A model generated the notes under the pieces. It did no database searches and was not told the origin of the DNA. It saw nothing but the letters and a program-made list of their open reading frames with translations. A DNA stretch of 64,000 bases from Mobula birostris. Its lineage: Eukaryota. Every line of letters starts with the position of its first letter. Position 1 is the first letter of the stretch. The DNA is taken from assembly GCF_030028105.1 (NCBI RefSeq), contig NC_092371.1, forward strand, positions 204,288,031-204,352,030. The letters are read 5' to 3'. Below, piece by piece: positions 39,344 to 51,265 of the stretch. The position numbers and the translations under genes are program-made.

Positions 39344-41421
39344 ACGTAGGCGATCATGGTGACCATAATTATTGTTGGCAAATCCTTCTACCTTTGCTGC
39401 CTTCTGGGCAGATTGCTACCTGGTGTAAATGTTCAAATGGTATGCTTGGATTTGTGCATACACTAAGTTTAGTCTGAGGTCTAACTTTCATATGCAAAAT
39501 TGTTAGAATTTAAGAAAGCATAAAATAGAAATGAATAAAGGTAATTTCTAGAGATTATCTACAACTGTCTGATGCTCCTGTGGTCTAAAATGAAGAACTA
39601 AATGCCACTGTCTTCCACCTGTAATCGTATTTAAGGCTGGTGATTTTCCAGAAACATTGTTAGCTTGACCTAAGGTGTATGTGTTTCCATGGAATATGAT
39701 TGTACATATCTGTATATCTAGATCTAGGTTTATCAAGGATAATTTTTCACAAGTTAATTAATCCCCAAGTTCTATAAATTAAAAAAATTCCAACTGCTTT
39801 TATCAAAATCTAAGTGATCTATTTCTACTTGAATGTCTGAAGGGGCTAGCATCCCAGCAGTGGAAGTAGTCATAAATAAGTCTGAACCATAGACAACTGT
39901 TTTGCAAGTGTTTTTGATTTTCACAGGAGTTAAAATGAGATGGAGTGTGGCTTAGGTCAAGTTGTGAAGTTGTTTCATTTCACCAGATTGAGAATTTTCA
40001 TGCAACTCGTCCTTTGATTGGAACATGAACTAAAATGACTTTAGCTATTCCTTCAACTGTGTCCACTTGCAATATAATCTACTTGTTGTGTATTCTTATG
40101 CTGTTGTTGAAAAAAGTCTGATCACCTTTGCTGAACCCATTACCTTCATTATGGCATTGTTTGCATCTGTATCACCTTGTCTGTTAATTCACAAGTTCTT
40201 TCATCATGGTTGAGAGATGTTTTGTTCATTTAATCCATAGGCAGCCAATTTATTTGTAACAACTTAACTATTTTAAGTGTGTCACCTTTGAAGTAAAAAT
40301 CGAGATCTCTTTTTTTAAAGACCTTTGGGGCAGGGTGTGGAATTTATCAATGATCTTAGAAAAAGACGGGCAAAGAATTGACTTCACATGTTTATGCTCA
40401 CTGAACTAAATTGAAGGAAGCATCCTTCCTTTTGCCTTAGTGAATTTCATTTCCATTGGATACAGATTCATTTCTTATATTTTAAAGTCTGATCCCAATG
40501 AATTTGCTTTATTTGTTTTGGAAATGTGTCCAATTTACCAAAAACTATCCATCTGTCTAAAACTGGATGATATTCCAGAATTTGGTAAGCTAGTGCAAGC
40601 TGCGCTAATTTTAAAAATATTTCCTTCTTCTCGTTAATTTTGAAGCAACAGGTGTACTTGATTAGCCTTGTTAGCAGTATCTATTGACAGTGTTTCTAAA
40701 TGAATGATCAATAAATGTTCATTTTTCCGTCTTTTTCAAAGGATGTCATTTCATTATGTTTCATTTTTGGTTGTGGAGGATGCTGAACTGTGGAAGAAGT
40801 AACCTTGCCACATAGGATGCTCCTTATTTTCCACAGGAACCGTCCTCCCCTAGAAAGCCCAATATGTTCTTTTCGGAAGAATATTGTACAGAATTTTGGT
40901 CTCCTGATCTTTTTGCTTCTCTTGTGTAATAAAGAATCTGGTGCCTTGCATCATTAGGGCGAAGTTCCTTTTGAGATCCATTGCATGGTATGATGGTCCC
41001 TTCATCCTTTTGATTTTTCCCATTGGTAACCTAGGCTCAATTCTATTGATATGTGGAGGATGTTTTCCTTTGTAGAATGAGGAAGATCCTATAAGGTGGG
41101 TAGTTTGACATCTCAATCCTATTAGATCTTAATTACTGAGATACTGCATCCCATTTCTTGAGAGTGATTGCCAAAGTAATTTTCTAGTTGCATTTATGTT
41201 TCATTTTATAATTTAACTGGAGGTTCTGTGAAAGTTAATTTGTTCTAGATTATTCCTCACATAGCTTTCTATGCAAATTTTTTGTTGATCTCATTATGCA
41301 CTTTAATTAAGTTTCTCTATCTCCCTCAGTGGAGCCATTTTTAGAAAATGTGACATTTCCTTGTTTTAACAATTTTAACATTTGTCTTGGCATTTTTTTT
41401 TTGGTAATTTTGCTGAAACAG

Positions 41422-41709
41422 CTGTGGCAGCTTCAGCTAACGGAACAGCAAGCAATTTAGCAGCAGCAGCAAATGGTCTCTTCCGCCCAATTGGAACACA
41501 ACCACAACAGCAGCAGCAGCAGCAGCAACAAAGTAACAACTTGCAGTCAAGCTCCTTTTATGGCAGCAGCTCCCTTTCAAATAGTTCTCAGAGCAGTTCA
41601 CTGTTCTCTCAAGGACCAGGCCAGCCAAGCAACACATCACTTAGTTTTGGGAGCAGTAACTCACTGGGTGCTGCTATTGGCTCTGCACTTGGAGGATTTG
41701 GATCAGCAG
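41422..41709 (+). CDS. PUM2: PUM2 exon H (AVAASANGT...polyQ...SALGGFGSA), phase 1 to 1
   Basis: aaacag acceptor, gtgagt donor; 288 nt; within ORF 41382..41717. Confidence 0.93.
41505..41531 (+). repeat. Coding polyglutamine tract Q9: CAA(CAG)6CAACAA
   Basis: Read directly in exon H. Confidence 0.95.
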
Positions 41710-43559
41710 GTGAGTAATGCCTAAGTTATCAGCATGTTTGCATACCATGGATTTCTATCAAGCATACTATGTTGAAGTATTTGCATCAGCCAAATATAAC
41801 AAAAAATATAGCTGTAACAAAATCAACTTTTATTCATTGGCATCTTTGCAGTTTGGTGGAAAATGGGACTAAATAATTGTGCATGATTATCATTATTTGT
41901 ACCATTTTCAGATTAATACTTGTCATAGAAATTATGCATATATCCAAATAAAATGTAGAACTATGTCATCTCTATACCCTTTTAAAAATCAATGGACAAT
42001 TCTGTATTTTAAGGTGAAAAAACTTTTACTGTAAAATACAGAAAAAATAAATCAAATGAATGACTAATTTTTCAAAGCAAGTGCCATATCTTCAAAGAAG
42101 ATATTGCTGCACTGCCCTGATACATAAACATAAATCAATTAAAAATGCCTTTACAGTTATTTTGTGTAATATTTGAAATGAAGTTCTTAGAATTTTACGT
42201 GAGAATTCCAGATGCATAAATACAGATAAATGAGAGTTTACTGCATCTGGCGGTGGTGGGGGGGATGACATGGTTATAAGCTCCGGGTAGATTTTGATAA
42301 TGTTTTTCATCTTGATTAATAACCAGATTAATACCAAATATTTCAATAATTAGCCCATTATTCTTTCCTGCTAGTTTCAAATTGCGCAATAAACGTGTTT
42401 TTCGTTATTTTTGTATACAAAAGCAAAGTAAGAACTCAATGCATGTAGTAGAGGATTGTCCTGAAGGTAGAGACACAAACAGGTTCATCGGTATCTTCTG
42501 TCCTGCACCGTTAAATTATTCCAGATTGAGGATGGTTGAGTTCTTGCAAGACGAAAAAATCTTTAAAGTCCAGCCCGATTATCCTGACTTATTACCATAT
42601 TTTTGACCTCTTTTCTTTGCAGAAATTGTTCGGCCTCTTTAAATAGACTTCCAGTTTTCCCCCTGATAACATTGTGTGAATCTTTTATTTGAAGAGCATG
42701 TTCCCTCTGCCTTGCCATTTTCTTTTAAGTTTTGTTCAAGATTTGACTGATTTTTCTGGATCTGCTTTATTTTAAAAAGATTAGAAGTCATGTTTGTTTT
42801 AAAAAAAAAAGCCTGGTCAAATTTTCTTCTATCAGATGAAGATATTATTGTATCCTTGGCAAGTAACTTTCATACACTTAGCTAGTCAGAATGATGTGGA
42901 CTGTAGTGTGCAAACAGGTCTCAACAATCATCAGAATCACCCTGTGAAAGAATTGATTTTTTAAATTGTGCTGACTGGCCAGTATTAACTATGTTGTCTC
43001 TGAATCTGCTTGACGTTTACTATGAATGAAAGAATAACAAAACTTGAGGTTGTTCAGTACATCAGCGATGTCTCTAGAGTTAAAACCAGGCCAATGATTT
43101 CATCAGAAAGAAATAGTTTTAAGTTGTAGAAAAGGGTCAGCAGTGGGAAGAGCAATGAGAATAGGCTGGGTGACACAAATGGTGGTGGTACTGGTTGGGA
43201 GAAGATGTGGAAGTTTGTTAACCACAGACAATCTTCTTGTGGACAAATGTATGAGGAGAGAGAGGGAAAATTGTTGGAATAGCAACAACAACAGTAACAA
43301 CAGGTATAGCCGTTGTTGGAAATCCTGAAATGAGAGGATGCTGGAAGTACAACTGGAAAGGCTGATCTGCTGAAATTGTTGAATTCATTGATGCATCCAG
43401 AGGGTTGTAACAGTCAGGAATTAAAGTGATTTAGTTGGGCTAATGTTGGGCTTGCTCAGAACAACTAGAGCTGGATGCAGAACCTTCTCTTTAAAGTGAT
43501 GTGTTTGGATTGAAAGGTTACAATTGGTTGGCCTTGAGATGATATCATTGCACCATATT

Positions 43560-43790
43560 GATACTATTTTGTGAAATATAATTAATACTGGCATGGAGAG
43601 TTAAAGTATTAGGCAATTGGAATGTTAAGGTCACCCTTGTGAAATGAGCAGAAGTATCTCAACATTGAGCACTGAGTGCAGTATAGTCAATCAGAAGAAG
43701 TACAGGTAAGGAGTGTTTGAAAGGGAAGATGTTTAAGGGCAGGTGTTACATCATTTGCAGTTTCAGGAAAAGGGGAGTGGATGTTGGTGC
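43560..43790 (-). mobile_element. Heavily decayed Penelope-like GIY-YIG region
   Basis: Loose nucleotide resemblance to the Penelope endonuclease segment at 63543-63665. Confidence 0.35.
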
Positions 43791-45148
43791 AGATGGAATT
43801 GTGAACCAAGTATTCACAATTATCACTTCGAAATCCTGGAAGCTGAGGGGAAGTAGTGTCATTACATTGAAATTGAACATGTTCTTCATTGCAAGATCAT
43901 TAAATGTTTCCCTCTCCCCAGATCCGTCCATACTTACTAAGTATTTTGAGTATGTTCTTAAGGTATTCAGCATTTGCTGTTTTTTTTTTTTGGTTTTCTT
44001 CTTGTTTATTTTTTTTAATCTTGCACTTATGCACATTCAACACCTTAGATGTTCAAAATTACATTGATGAAAAACATTTCATTCATTGTTAGATAACTGT
44101 CAATGACAAAAATGAAAAGTAGTAAATGAGCTATTTATTTGCATAATTAGAGATGGAGAGCATTTCCAGGGTTTGATCTGAAGTACACTGTGCTTCTATT
44201 GCAAACCAACTCTGAAAGTGTTGACATTAGGTAGTCTTTGGTCCAACTTTGCTATATTGAATAGTTTAAAAGTATTTGTCACTTCTAAAACTTACTAAAA
44301 TTGTAGAAAACAATTTAAATTAATTTTCAAAACAAAATCCCTCTGCAAATGGTGCTTTCTCTTTGAACACTTAATCCATAGCCTTACAGATCCCAAATGG
44401 AATTTTATACAAGGTCTAACGTAGTATGATATCGGAGAGGTGAGCCCCCCAGCTGTAAATTCTAAGGCAGATCAGCAAGATTGCTCAGAGTTGGGAAGTC
44501 TTCTAATTAACAGATTGACATTTGATAGCAGATGCACGAAAGTTACAGACTTTTGTTTTAATGGCTAAAAATAGGCAACTCCATTAAGAGCAACATTATT
44601 AGCTCGCAAGGTCTGACCTAAGATATATTTAGTTATTGTAAAGATACAAATGCTACATAACCTTAGTTATGTTACTGAAACTTGCCCCCTGCCTCCCCAC
44701 TTTAGTATATATTTTGTTTCCTTATGGCACCTAACTAACAGCTTCTTCAAAATCTAGCAATTTTTCATTTCTGATATTAGACATTACAAACATATATTTT
44801 TAAAATTCTCATAGGTTATTTTTATTTAATTTCCACTGTTCTATCTATGCCCTGTTTCCAAAAAATGCTCTATTGTTTTGTAGGTTTTCTTTCACTTAGT
44901 TGTCCTTAAATTGGTTTTTGCTTTAAAGTTTAACCTCCCAGTGGAAAATACTGTTACTGTTCTGTGAACATTGGTCAGTATGATTTTAAATGACAAGAAG
45001 GATGCCAAGACAAGAAGATAGCAATTTAGCTGTTAATCATCACAGCCATTCCTTCTTGATTCTAATGTATTTTTATGGTTGTAGCAGTCATTGATGATAA
45101 AAAGGTAAATGTTTTTATTAGTCTTTATTCAAAATATTGATATTACAG

Positions 45149-45385
45149 TTGGCAGCTCTGGAAGCAGCAGTGTATCAAGACGAGATTCGTTGTCTACAGC
45201 TTCTGATCTATACAAACGGCCCAACAGCAATTTGCCTCCAATTGGACAACAGTTCTACAACAGCTTGGGATTTTCTTCTTCACCTGGTCCAATTGGCATG
45301 CCCCTTCCTAGCCAGACGCCTAGTCATTCTTTAACACCACCTCCATCTCTTTCCACACAGGGATCTTCATCTACTCTTCATCTTG
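45149..45385 (+). CDS. PUM2: PUM2 exon I ([15 protein letters not shown]...[19 protein letters not shown]), 79-codon symmetric exon
   Basis: ttacag acceptor, gtatgt donor; 237 nt, phase 1 to 1. Confidence 0.95.
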
Positions 45386-45788
45386 GTATGTTTGCTATTC
45401 CATACTGCATGTTAGTTTGATTGAATGTGCATTTTTATTTATATCTAAATTGTTAGCTGGTCTTATGCTTCTTCTGTTCAGTCTCATGCAAAAGAAAACT
45501 ATCTTTTTTGAGAGTTGCTTATTGTACATTCTAGATAAGATTGGTCTTTAATTATGATTTTGTAAGTTAGTTGGTTTATCATTTACTGTGGTAATCCTCA
45601 GCTATATGTTTATGCCAAAGAAAATCTTTTTTACTTAATGGAAAAGAAAGAGCCATTATCAGTAATTAACAGAAGCATGTCTTTTAATAGTGCAAATTAT
45701 AAAGTGAATAGATTTTAATTCTGTGGAATAGTATCATTTGCATTTTTTGTGCGTAAAAAGTGGAAGAGCTCAGTTATTTGGTAGTATA

Positions 45789-46258
45789 CAGTATTGTGCA
45801 AAAGTCTTGGGCACAAAAAACAAATTCCATGACATATGAGTGATACTAAGCTTGATTCTGATATAGGTCTCTATTTTGGATGAGAGCGGGTCAAGGGCAG
45901 GGAGAGGGGAATCGTGGCTGGGAAAGGGAGAGAGGAGAGGGGAGGGAGCAGGAAGCACTTGCGAGGCATTCTGTAATGATCAAAAAACCAATTTGTTTGG
46001 AATCAATTGTCCATACCTGATGGCTGGTGGCTCAGGGTTGGGTGTGTCTGCACCCACACCAACCCCACCCTTGGCACATTTTCTCTGTCACCTGTTCCAC
46101 TTAACCTCCCACTGCACTCCACTCATCATCCCCAACATCCATTGCTCCTGCCAGATTTACAAACTCACTTTCCATTCCACTTTGACAAATACAGTACTGT
46201 GCAAAAGCCTTAGGCACCCTAGCTATATATTTGTGCCTAAGACTTTTGCACAGTACTG
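45789..46258. mobile_element. Composite non-autonomous Tc1-TIR element, copy 2
   Basis: ta-CAGTATTGTGCAAAAGTCTTGGGCAC at left; TIR-TIR hairpin at 46192-46258; core colinear with 8790-9180. Confidence 0.8.
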
Positions 46259-46404
46259 TTTATGACGTAGTTTTAGATAGGAAGGAAAGCGCAAGTTGAA
46301 GATAATGGTTCATATTCCCTTATTGTGAAACTTGAATTTTCATGCTGAGCAATTATATAAAACGTCGGCAGTCTTGTAAGATTCATCATGTATTTTCACT
46401 GCAG

Positions 46405-46672
46405 GTGGACTGACCAATGGCAGCGGTCGATTCATTTCTGCAGCACCTGGTGCTGAAGCTAAAAGTCGTAGTGGAATTGGTTCAACAAGTCTGTTCAGTT
46501 CTAGCAGCCAGCTGTTTCCTCCCTCTCGTCTTCGCTACAGCCGATCTGATATTATGCCTTCAGGCCGTAGTAGGCTGTTAGAGGACTTCAGAAATAACCG
46601 TTTTCCTAATCTTCAGTTACGTGACCTGGTTGGCCACATAGTTGAATTCTCCCAGGACCAACATGGGTCTAG
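46405..46672 (+). CDS. PUM2: PUM2 exon J ([20 protein letters not shown]...[36 protein letters not shown]), start of PUM-HD
   Basis: ctgcag acceptor, gtaatg donor; 268 nt, phase 1 to 2; missed by the ORF track. Confidence 0.96.
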
Positions 46673-47094
46673 GTAATGATTTTTAAAAAATGGATATATA
46701 TTTTTATACTTAATATTGACTATTATATGAAGCATAATGATTATTTCTATGGTTTTAATGCCATGAAGGAAATCACAATAGTTACAGCATAGAGTTGTGG
46801 TGTGCATTTAGCTTTTTGTGTGCACAATGCTTGTATGCCTTAGAAATAGCTTTGGATATTGAGTTAGCTTTGGATATTTTGTTACATATTTGTTAGTGAT
46901 TGTATTTAAATTTATGCAACTAATTCAGTGATTTCCAAGTCTTCTATTGGATCCCATGGCACCTATGCCCTGTTTAGATTATTCAGGAATAACCGATTTT
47001 ATCTTTCTGAGACATACTAAAACTGCCACCAAGGAGGAAGATTTTCTATTTTTTATTATTATAAAGTTTTACCTTATAAAAAATATCATCTATT

Positions 47095-48340
47095 GGAGGT
47101 CTCAGGGTTCTTGGAGGCACTTGATAAAGTAGGCCAAAGTCAGCATGGTTTCCTTGAGGGAAAATCTGTTGGAATTCTTTGAGGAAATAATTAACAGGAT
47201 AGTCAAAGGAGAATCAGTGGACATAGTGTACTTAGACTTTCAGGAGGCCTTTGACAAAGTGCCAAACATAATGCTGTTTAACAAGTTAATAGTCCATGAT
47301 ATTGCAGGAAGGATACTAGCATGGATTGGCTGACTGGCAGGAGGCAAAGAGTGGGAATAAAGGGAGCCTTTTCTGTTTGGCTGCTGGTGCTCTGCAGCGG
47401 TCAATGTTGGGACCACTTCTTGTTACATTATATGTCAAAGATTTGGTTGACAAAATTGATGCCTTTGTGGTAATTTGTAGACAATACAAAGATAGATGGA
47501 GGGGCAGGTAGTGTTGAGGAAGCAGGGTGTCGGCAGAAGCACTTAGATTAGGCAAAAATGTGGTAAATGGAATACAGTGTCAGGAAGTGTATGGTCATAC
47601 ACTTTGGCATAAGGAATAAAAGCATAGACTTTTCTAAATGGACGGAAAATTCAAAAATCCGAGTTGCAAAAGCCCTTGTGCAAGATTCCCTAAATGTTAA
47701 CCTGCAGGTTGAGTCAGCGGTAGATGTGTTGTTAGCATTCATTCCAAGAGGGCTAGAATATAAAAGCAAGGATGTAATGTTGAGGCTTTGTAAAGCACTG
47801 GGTGAGATATTACTTGGAGAAGTGTGAGCAGTTTTGGGCCTCTTAATTTCATGAAGGATGTACCAACATTAGAAAGGGCTCATGAGAATGACTCCAGGAA
47901 TTAAAGGATTATCTTATGTGGACCATCTGGGCCTGTACTCGCTAAAATTTAGAACAATGAGGGGGATCTCATTGAAACCTGTCAAATGTTGAAAGGCCTA
48001 GAGAGAGTGGATATGGAGAGGATATTTTCTGTAGTGGGGGAGTCTAGGACCAAAGGGCATAGCCTCAGAATAGAAGGATATGTATTTATAATGGCAAAGA
48101 GGAGGAATTTCTTTAGCCGGAGGGTGATGAGTCTGTGGAACTCGTTGCCACAGCTGGCTGTGGAGGCTAGGTGTATTTAAGGCGGAAGTTGATAAGTTGT
48201 TGATTTATCAGTGCATGCAATATTCTAGGGAGAAAGCAGAAGGATGTGATTAAGAGAGAAAATGAATCAGCCACAATGAAATGCCAGAGAAGACTCGATG
48301 TACGGAGTAGCCTAATTCTGTTCCTATGACTTAAGGTTTT
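47095..48340 (+). mobile_element. Decayed CR1 RT/3' fragment
   Basis: DIVYLDFQEAFDKVP, RTKGHSL, RRNFFSRRVMSLWNSLP. Confidence 0.85.
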
Positions 48341-48515
48341 TTGGTCACCTCAGCTTTGACAGCTACAGGGTATGGATTGTAATTAACTTGAGTATTTGGT
48401 TATGTAAAGAATACTACTCATTTGATGAAATATTTAAAACAAAAATGGATTCTACAATGCTATTAGCATATAGTCAATTATATTTTTTGGGGATGTTTGT
48501 GGTTGTGTCTGACAG

Positions 48516-48645
48516 ATTCATTCAGCAAAAATTGGAGCGAGCCACCCCTGCGGAACGCCAGATGGTTTTCAGTGAAATCCTGCAAGCAGCATATCAGCTG
48601 ATGACTGATGTGTTTGGAAATTATGTAATACAGAAGTTCTTTGAG
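48516..48645 (+). CDS. PUM2: PUM2 exon K, PUF repeats 1-2 ([19 protein letters not shown]...[11 protein letters not shown])
   Basis: gacag acceptor, gtaggc donor; 130 nt, phase 2 to 0. Confidence 0.97.
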
Positions 48646-48876
48646 GTAGGCATATTTTCTGAAGCTTACTTGATAATTATTTTAATATAATGGCTGTTTT
48701 AATTAGCTGTTCTATTCTGAAGATTTGGGTGTGCTAGTAACATCAGGGCCAAGGATGGACTGTCTCGTCTTTCAAAGTTCAAAGTAAATTTATTATCAAA
48801 GTACAAAATGCTACCATATGCAACCCTGACATTCTTTTTCTTGCAGACATTTGCAATAAATCCAATATAGAATAAT

Positions 48877-49479
48877 TGATTTGATAGCACCGATCTGCCT
48901 TGAAGGACAATGGAGTTTTTCCACAAGCTTGGGCAGAAAAAATGGAAATCCTCGGGTGCCCAGTTGTCAAAGTCCCCTTAGCCTCACCAGTGTAGTCGAA
49001 AGAAAAGCAAAGCAATATGTTTGGCACCAACTTGGATGCAGGAACTGCCAGAAGGATGTTCAGTGATGTGCAGCTGCCATAGGGGCTCCACTCCAGATTT
49101 TCTGTCTGGGTTTACTCCTGTAGTCTTCTCTCCGGAGGCTGCCCAAAAGGCTGTGGGGCTATTTACGCTTAGCTGGGGATCTGAATTCATGAGAACCGGT
49201 GGGCCTGCTTGCTATATGTTCAGGGGCCAGACCTCCTCCCTGTCCTCTGTAGTTCAGCCTGACTTTGAGAGGAGTTCAGTTTCCATGTGTCGCCAGCAAG
49301 GCGGCACTACATGAGGTTTGCTATTGGAGGACTCTATATACTGGCAACGAGAGACTTCCACATTCAGCTCTCCTTTTTGTGAGACTGCTAGCCAGTGGTG
49401 GAAGCTGAAAGCGAGAGCAACGAGCACAACCCACTACACTACCACGTTAGATGTGTCACAACCATTTGACACACAATTC
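48877..49479 (-). mobile_element. Non-autonomous, ORF-less RTE-derived element (5' UTR joined to 3' tail)
   Basis: TSD agaataat (48869-48876 / 49480-49487); RTE-like 3' end ccattgtccttcaaggcagatcggtgctatc; 5' ribozyme fold; RTE assignment recalled, not searched. Confidence 0.7.
49244..49474 (-). ncRNA. HDV-like (double pseudoknot) self-cleaving ribozyme
   Basis: P1 GUGUGUC/GACACAU with G.U at the cleavage site; P2 CCUC(A)UGUAGU/ACUACAGAGG; P3 GCC/GGC; L3 GCCUUGCU; P1.1 CC/GG; P4 CUGA(A)CU/AGUCAG; J4/2 G-C-U-G-A. Confidence 0.8.
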
Positions 49480-50089
49480 AGAATAATAACCGTTATAGAA
49501 TCAATGGAAGTCCACACCAACTTTGTGATTCAAACAGTGTGCAAAAGACATAAACTGTGCAAATACAAAAAGAAAGTAGTAATAGTAATAATTAAATAAG
49601 CAATAAATATGGAGAACATGAGATGAAGGGTCTTTGAAAGTGAGTCAGTAGGTTGTGGGAACATTTCAGTGATGGGGCAAGTGAGGTTGAGTGGTTATCC
49701 CCTTTGGCTCAAGAGCCCAATGGTTGAGGGGTAATAACTGTTTCTGAACCCGGTAGTATGAGTCCTGAAGCTCCTCTACCACCTTCCTGATGGCAGGAAG
49801 ACAGCATGACCTGGGTGGTGGGAGTTCCTGATAAATTGTGCTGCTTTCCTGCAACAGTGCTTCATGCAGATGTGCTCAGTGGTGGGGAGGGCTTTATCTG
49901 TGAAGGGCTGGCCCTTTGAGCCTTCTCTGTGATAATGAATACTATAGCTGATTGATTTTTCAGCCTTGTCTGGATCCCTCAATTCCTTTAGTGCCCGGAA
50001 GTATAATAATCATTGTTTAATACATTGAGCTACCGCAGTATGGCAGGATAGAGAGTTCCAAAGTTCTACCACTAATCTGTACTTCCTTC

Positions 50090-50351
50090 AGTCATAGTCA
50101 TACTATTGATCCCGGGGGAAATTGGTTTTCGTTAGAGTTGCACCATAAATAATAAATAGTAATAGAAGTAAGAGTGATCAGCAGCACTGGGGCTCCACAG
50201 GGGACTGTCTTGTCTCCCTTTCTCTTCACCATTTACACCTCAGACTTCAACTACTGCACAGAGTCTTGTCATCTTCAGAAGTTTTCGGATGACTCTGCCA
50301 TAGCTGGATGCATCAGCAAGGGAGATGAGGCTGAGTACAGGGCGACGGTAG
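50090..50351. mobile_element. Rex1 insertion with inversion: 3' tail on minus (50090-50167), internal RT segment on plus (50171-50351)
   Basis: Both parts are near-identical to segments of 26883-28296 but in opposite relative orientation. Confidence 0.85.
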
Positions 50352-50419
50352 TTCTACCTTCTCATTCGAACCTTTATTTGCTGGTATATCTGACAAGTTT
50401 TAATTACCTTCCATGAACA

Positions 50420-51265
50420 TGGGCCTCTGTATGTCTTGGAACTGGGTCCTCGACTCAATACAAGACCACGGTCTGTGCACACCGGAAATAACATCTCATT
50501 CTTGCTGACAATCGCTACTGGCTTACCTCAAGGATGTGTGCTTAGCCTACTGTTATAGTCTGTCTACATCCACGATTGTGTGGTTCAAACTCCATCTGTA
50601 TGCTTGGTGACAAGGAGGTATACAGGAGTGAGATAGGTTAGCTGGATGAGTAGTGTTGCAGCAACAACCTTGCACTGAACATCATTAAGACCAAGGAGTT
50701 AATTGTGGGCTTCAGGAAGGGGAATTTGGGGGAACACAAACCAGTCCTCAGTGAGGGATCAGAAATGGAAAGGAGCCATTTCAAGTTACCGGTTGTCAAC
50801 ATCTCTGAGGATCTGCTGTATCCTGGGCCCAAAACAGTGGCTATATTTCATTATGAGTTTGAGAAGAATTGGTATGTCACCAAAGACACTTGCAAATTTC
50901 TACAGATTCATCATGGAGAGCATTTTAACTGCTTGCATCACCGTCTGGTATGGAGGGGCCACTGACTGCATAGAATTGAAATAATCTGCAGAAAGTTGTA
51001 AACACAGCCATCTCCGTCATGGGCACTAGCCTCCCTGGCATCAAGGATTCAGTCAAAAGCTGATATTCTTCATTAAGGACCCCCCCCCCCCCCCATCACC
51101 CAGGACATGCCCTCTTCTCATTGCTACCATCAAGGAGGAAGTACAGAAGCCTGAAGACATACACTCAATATTTCATGAACAGCTTCTTCCCCTCTGCCGT
51201 CAAATTTCTGAATGGATGATGAATACTATAATCAGTAGTTTTTTATATTTTCTTTGCACAATTTA
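50420..51265 (+). mobile_element. Decayed Rex1/L2-like LINE; its tail resumes at 52901-53015
   Basis: TG.PQGCVLS and IMESILTACITVWYG remnants. Confidence 0.75.

Larger units (their letters stand above)
48771..49915 (-). mobile_element. Rex1/L2-like 3' fragment, host of the 48877-49479 insertion
   Basis: (tcaaagt)n tail with tttattatcaaag; HHPGHAVFLPSGRW C-terminus. Confidence 0.7.
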
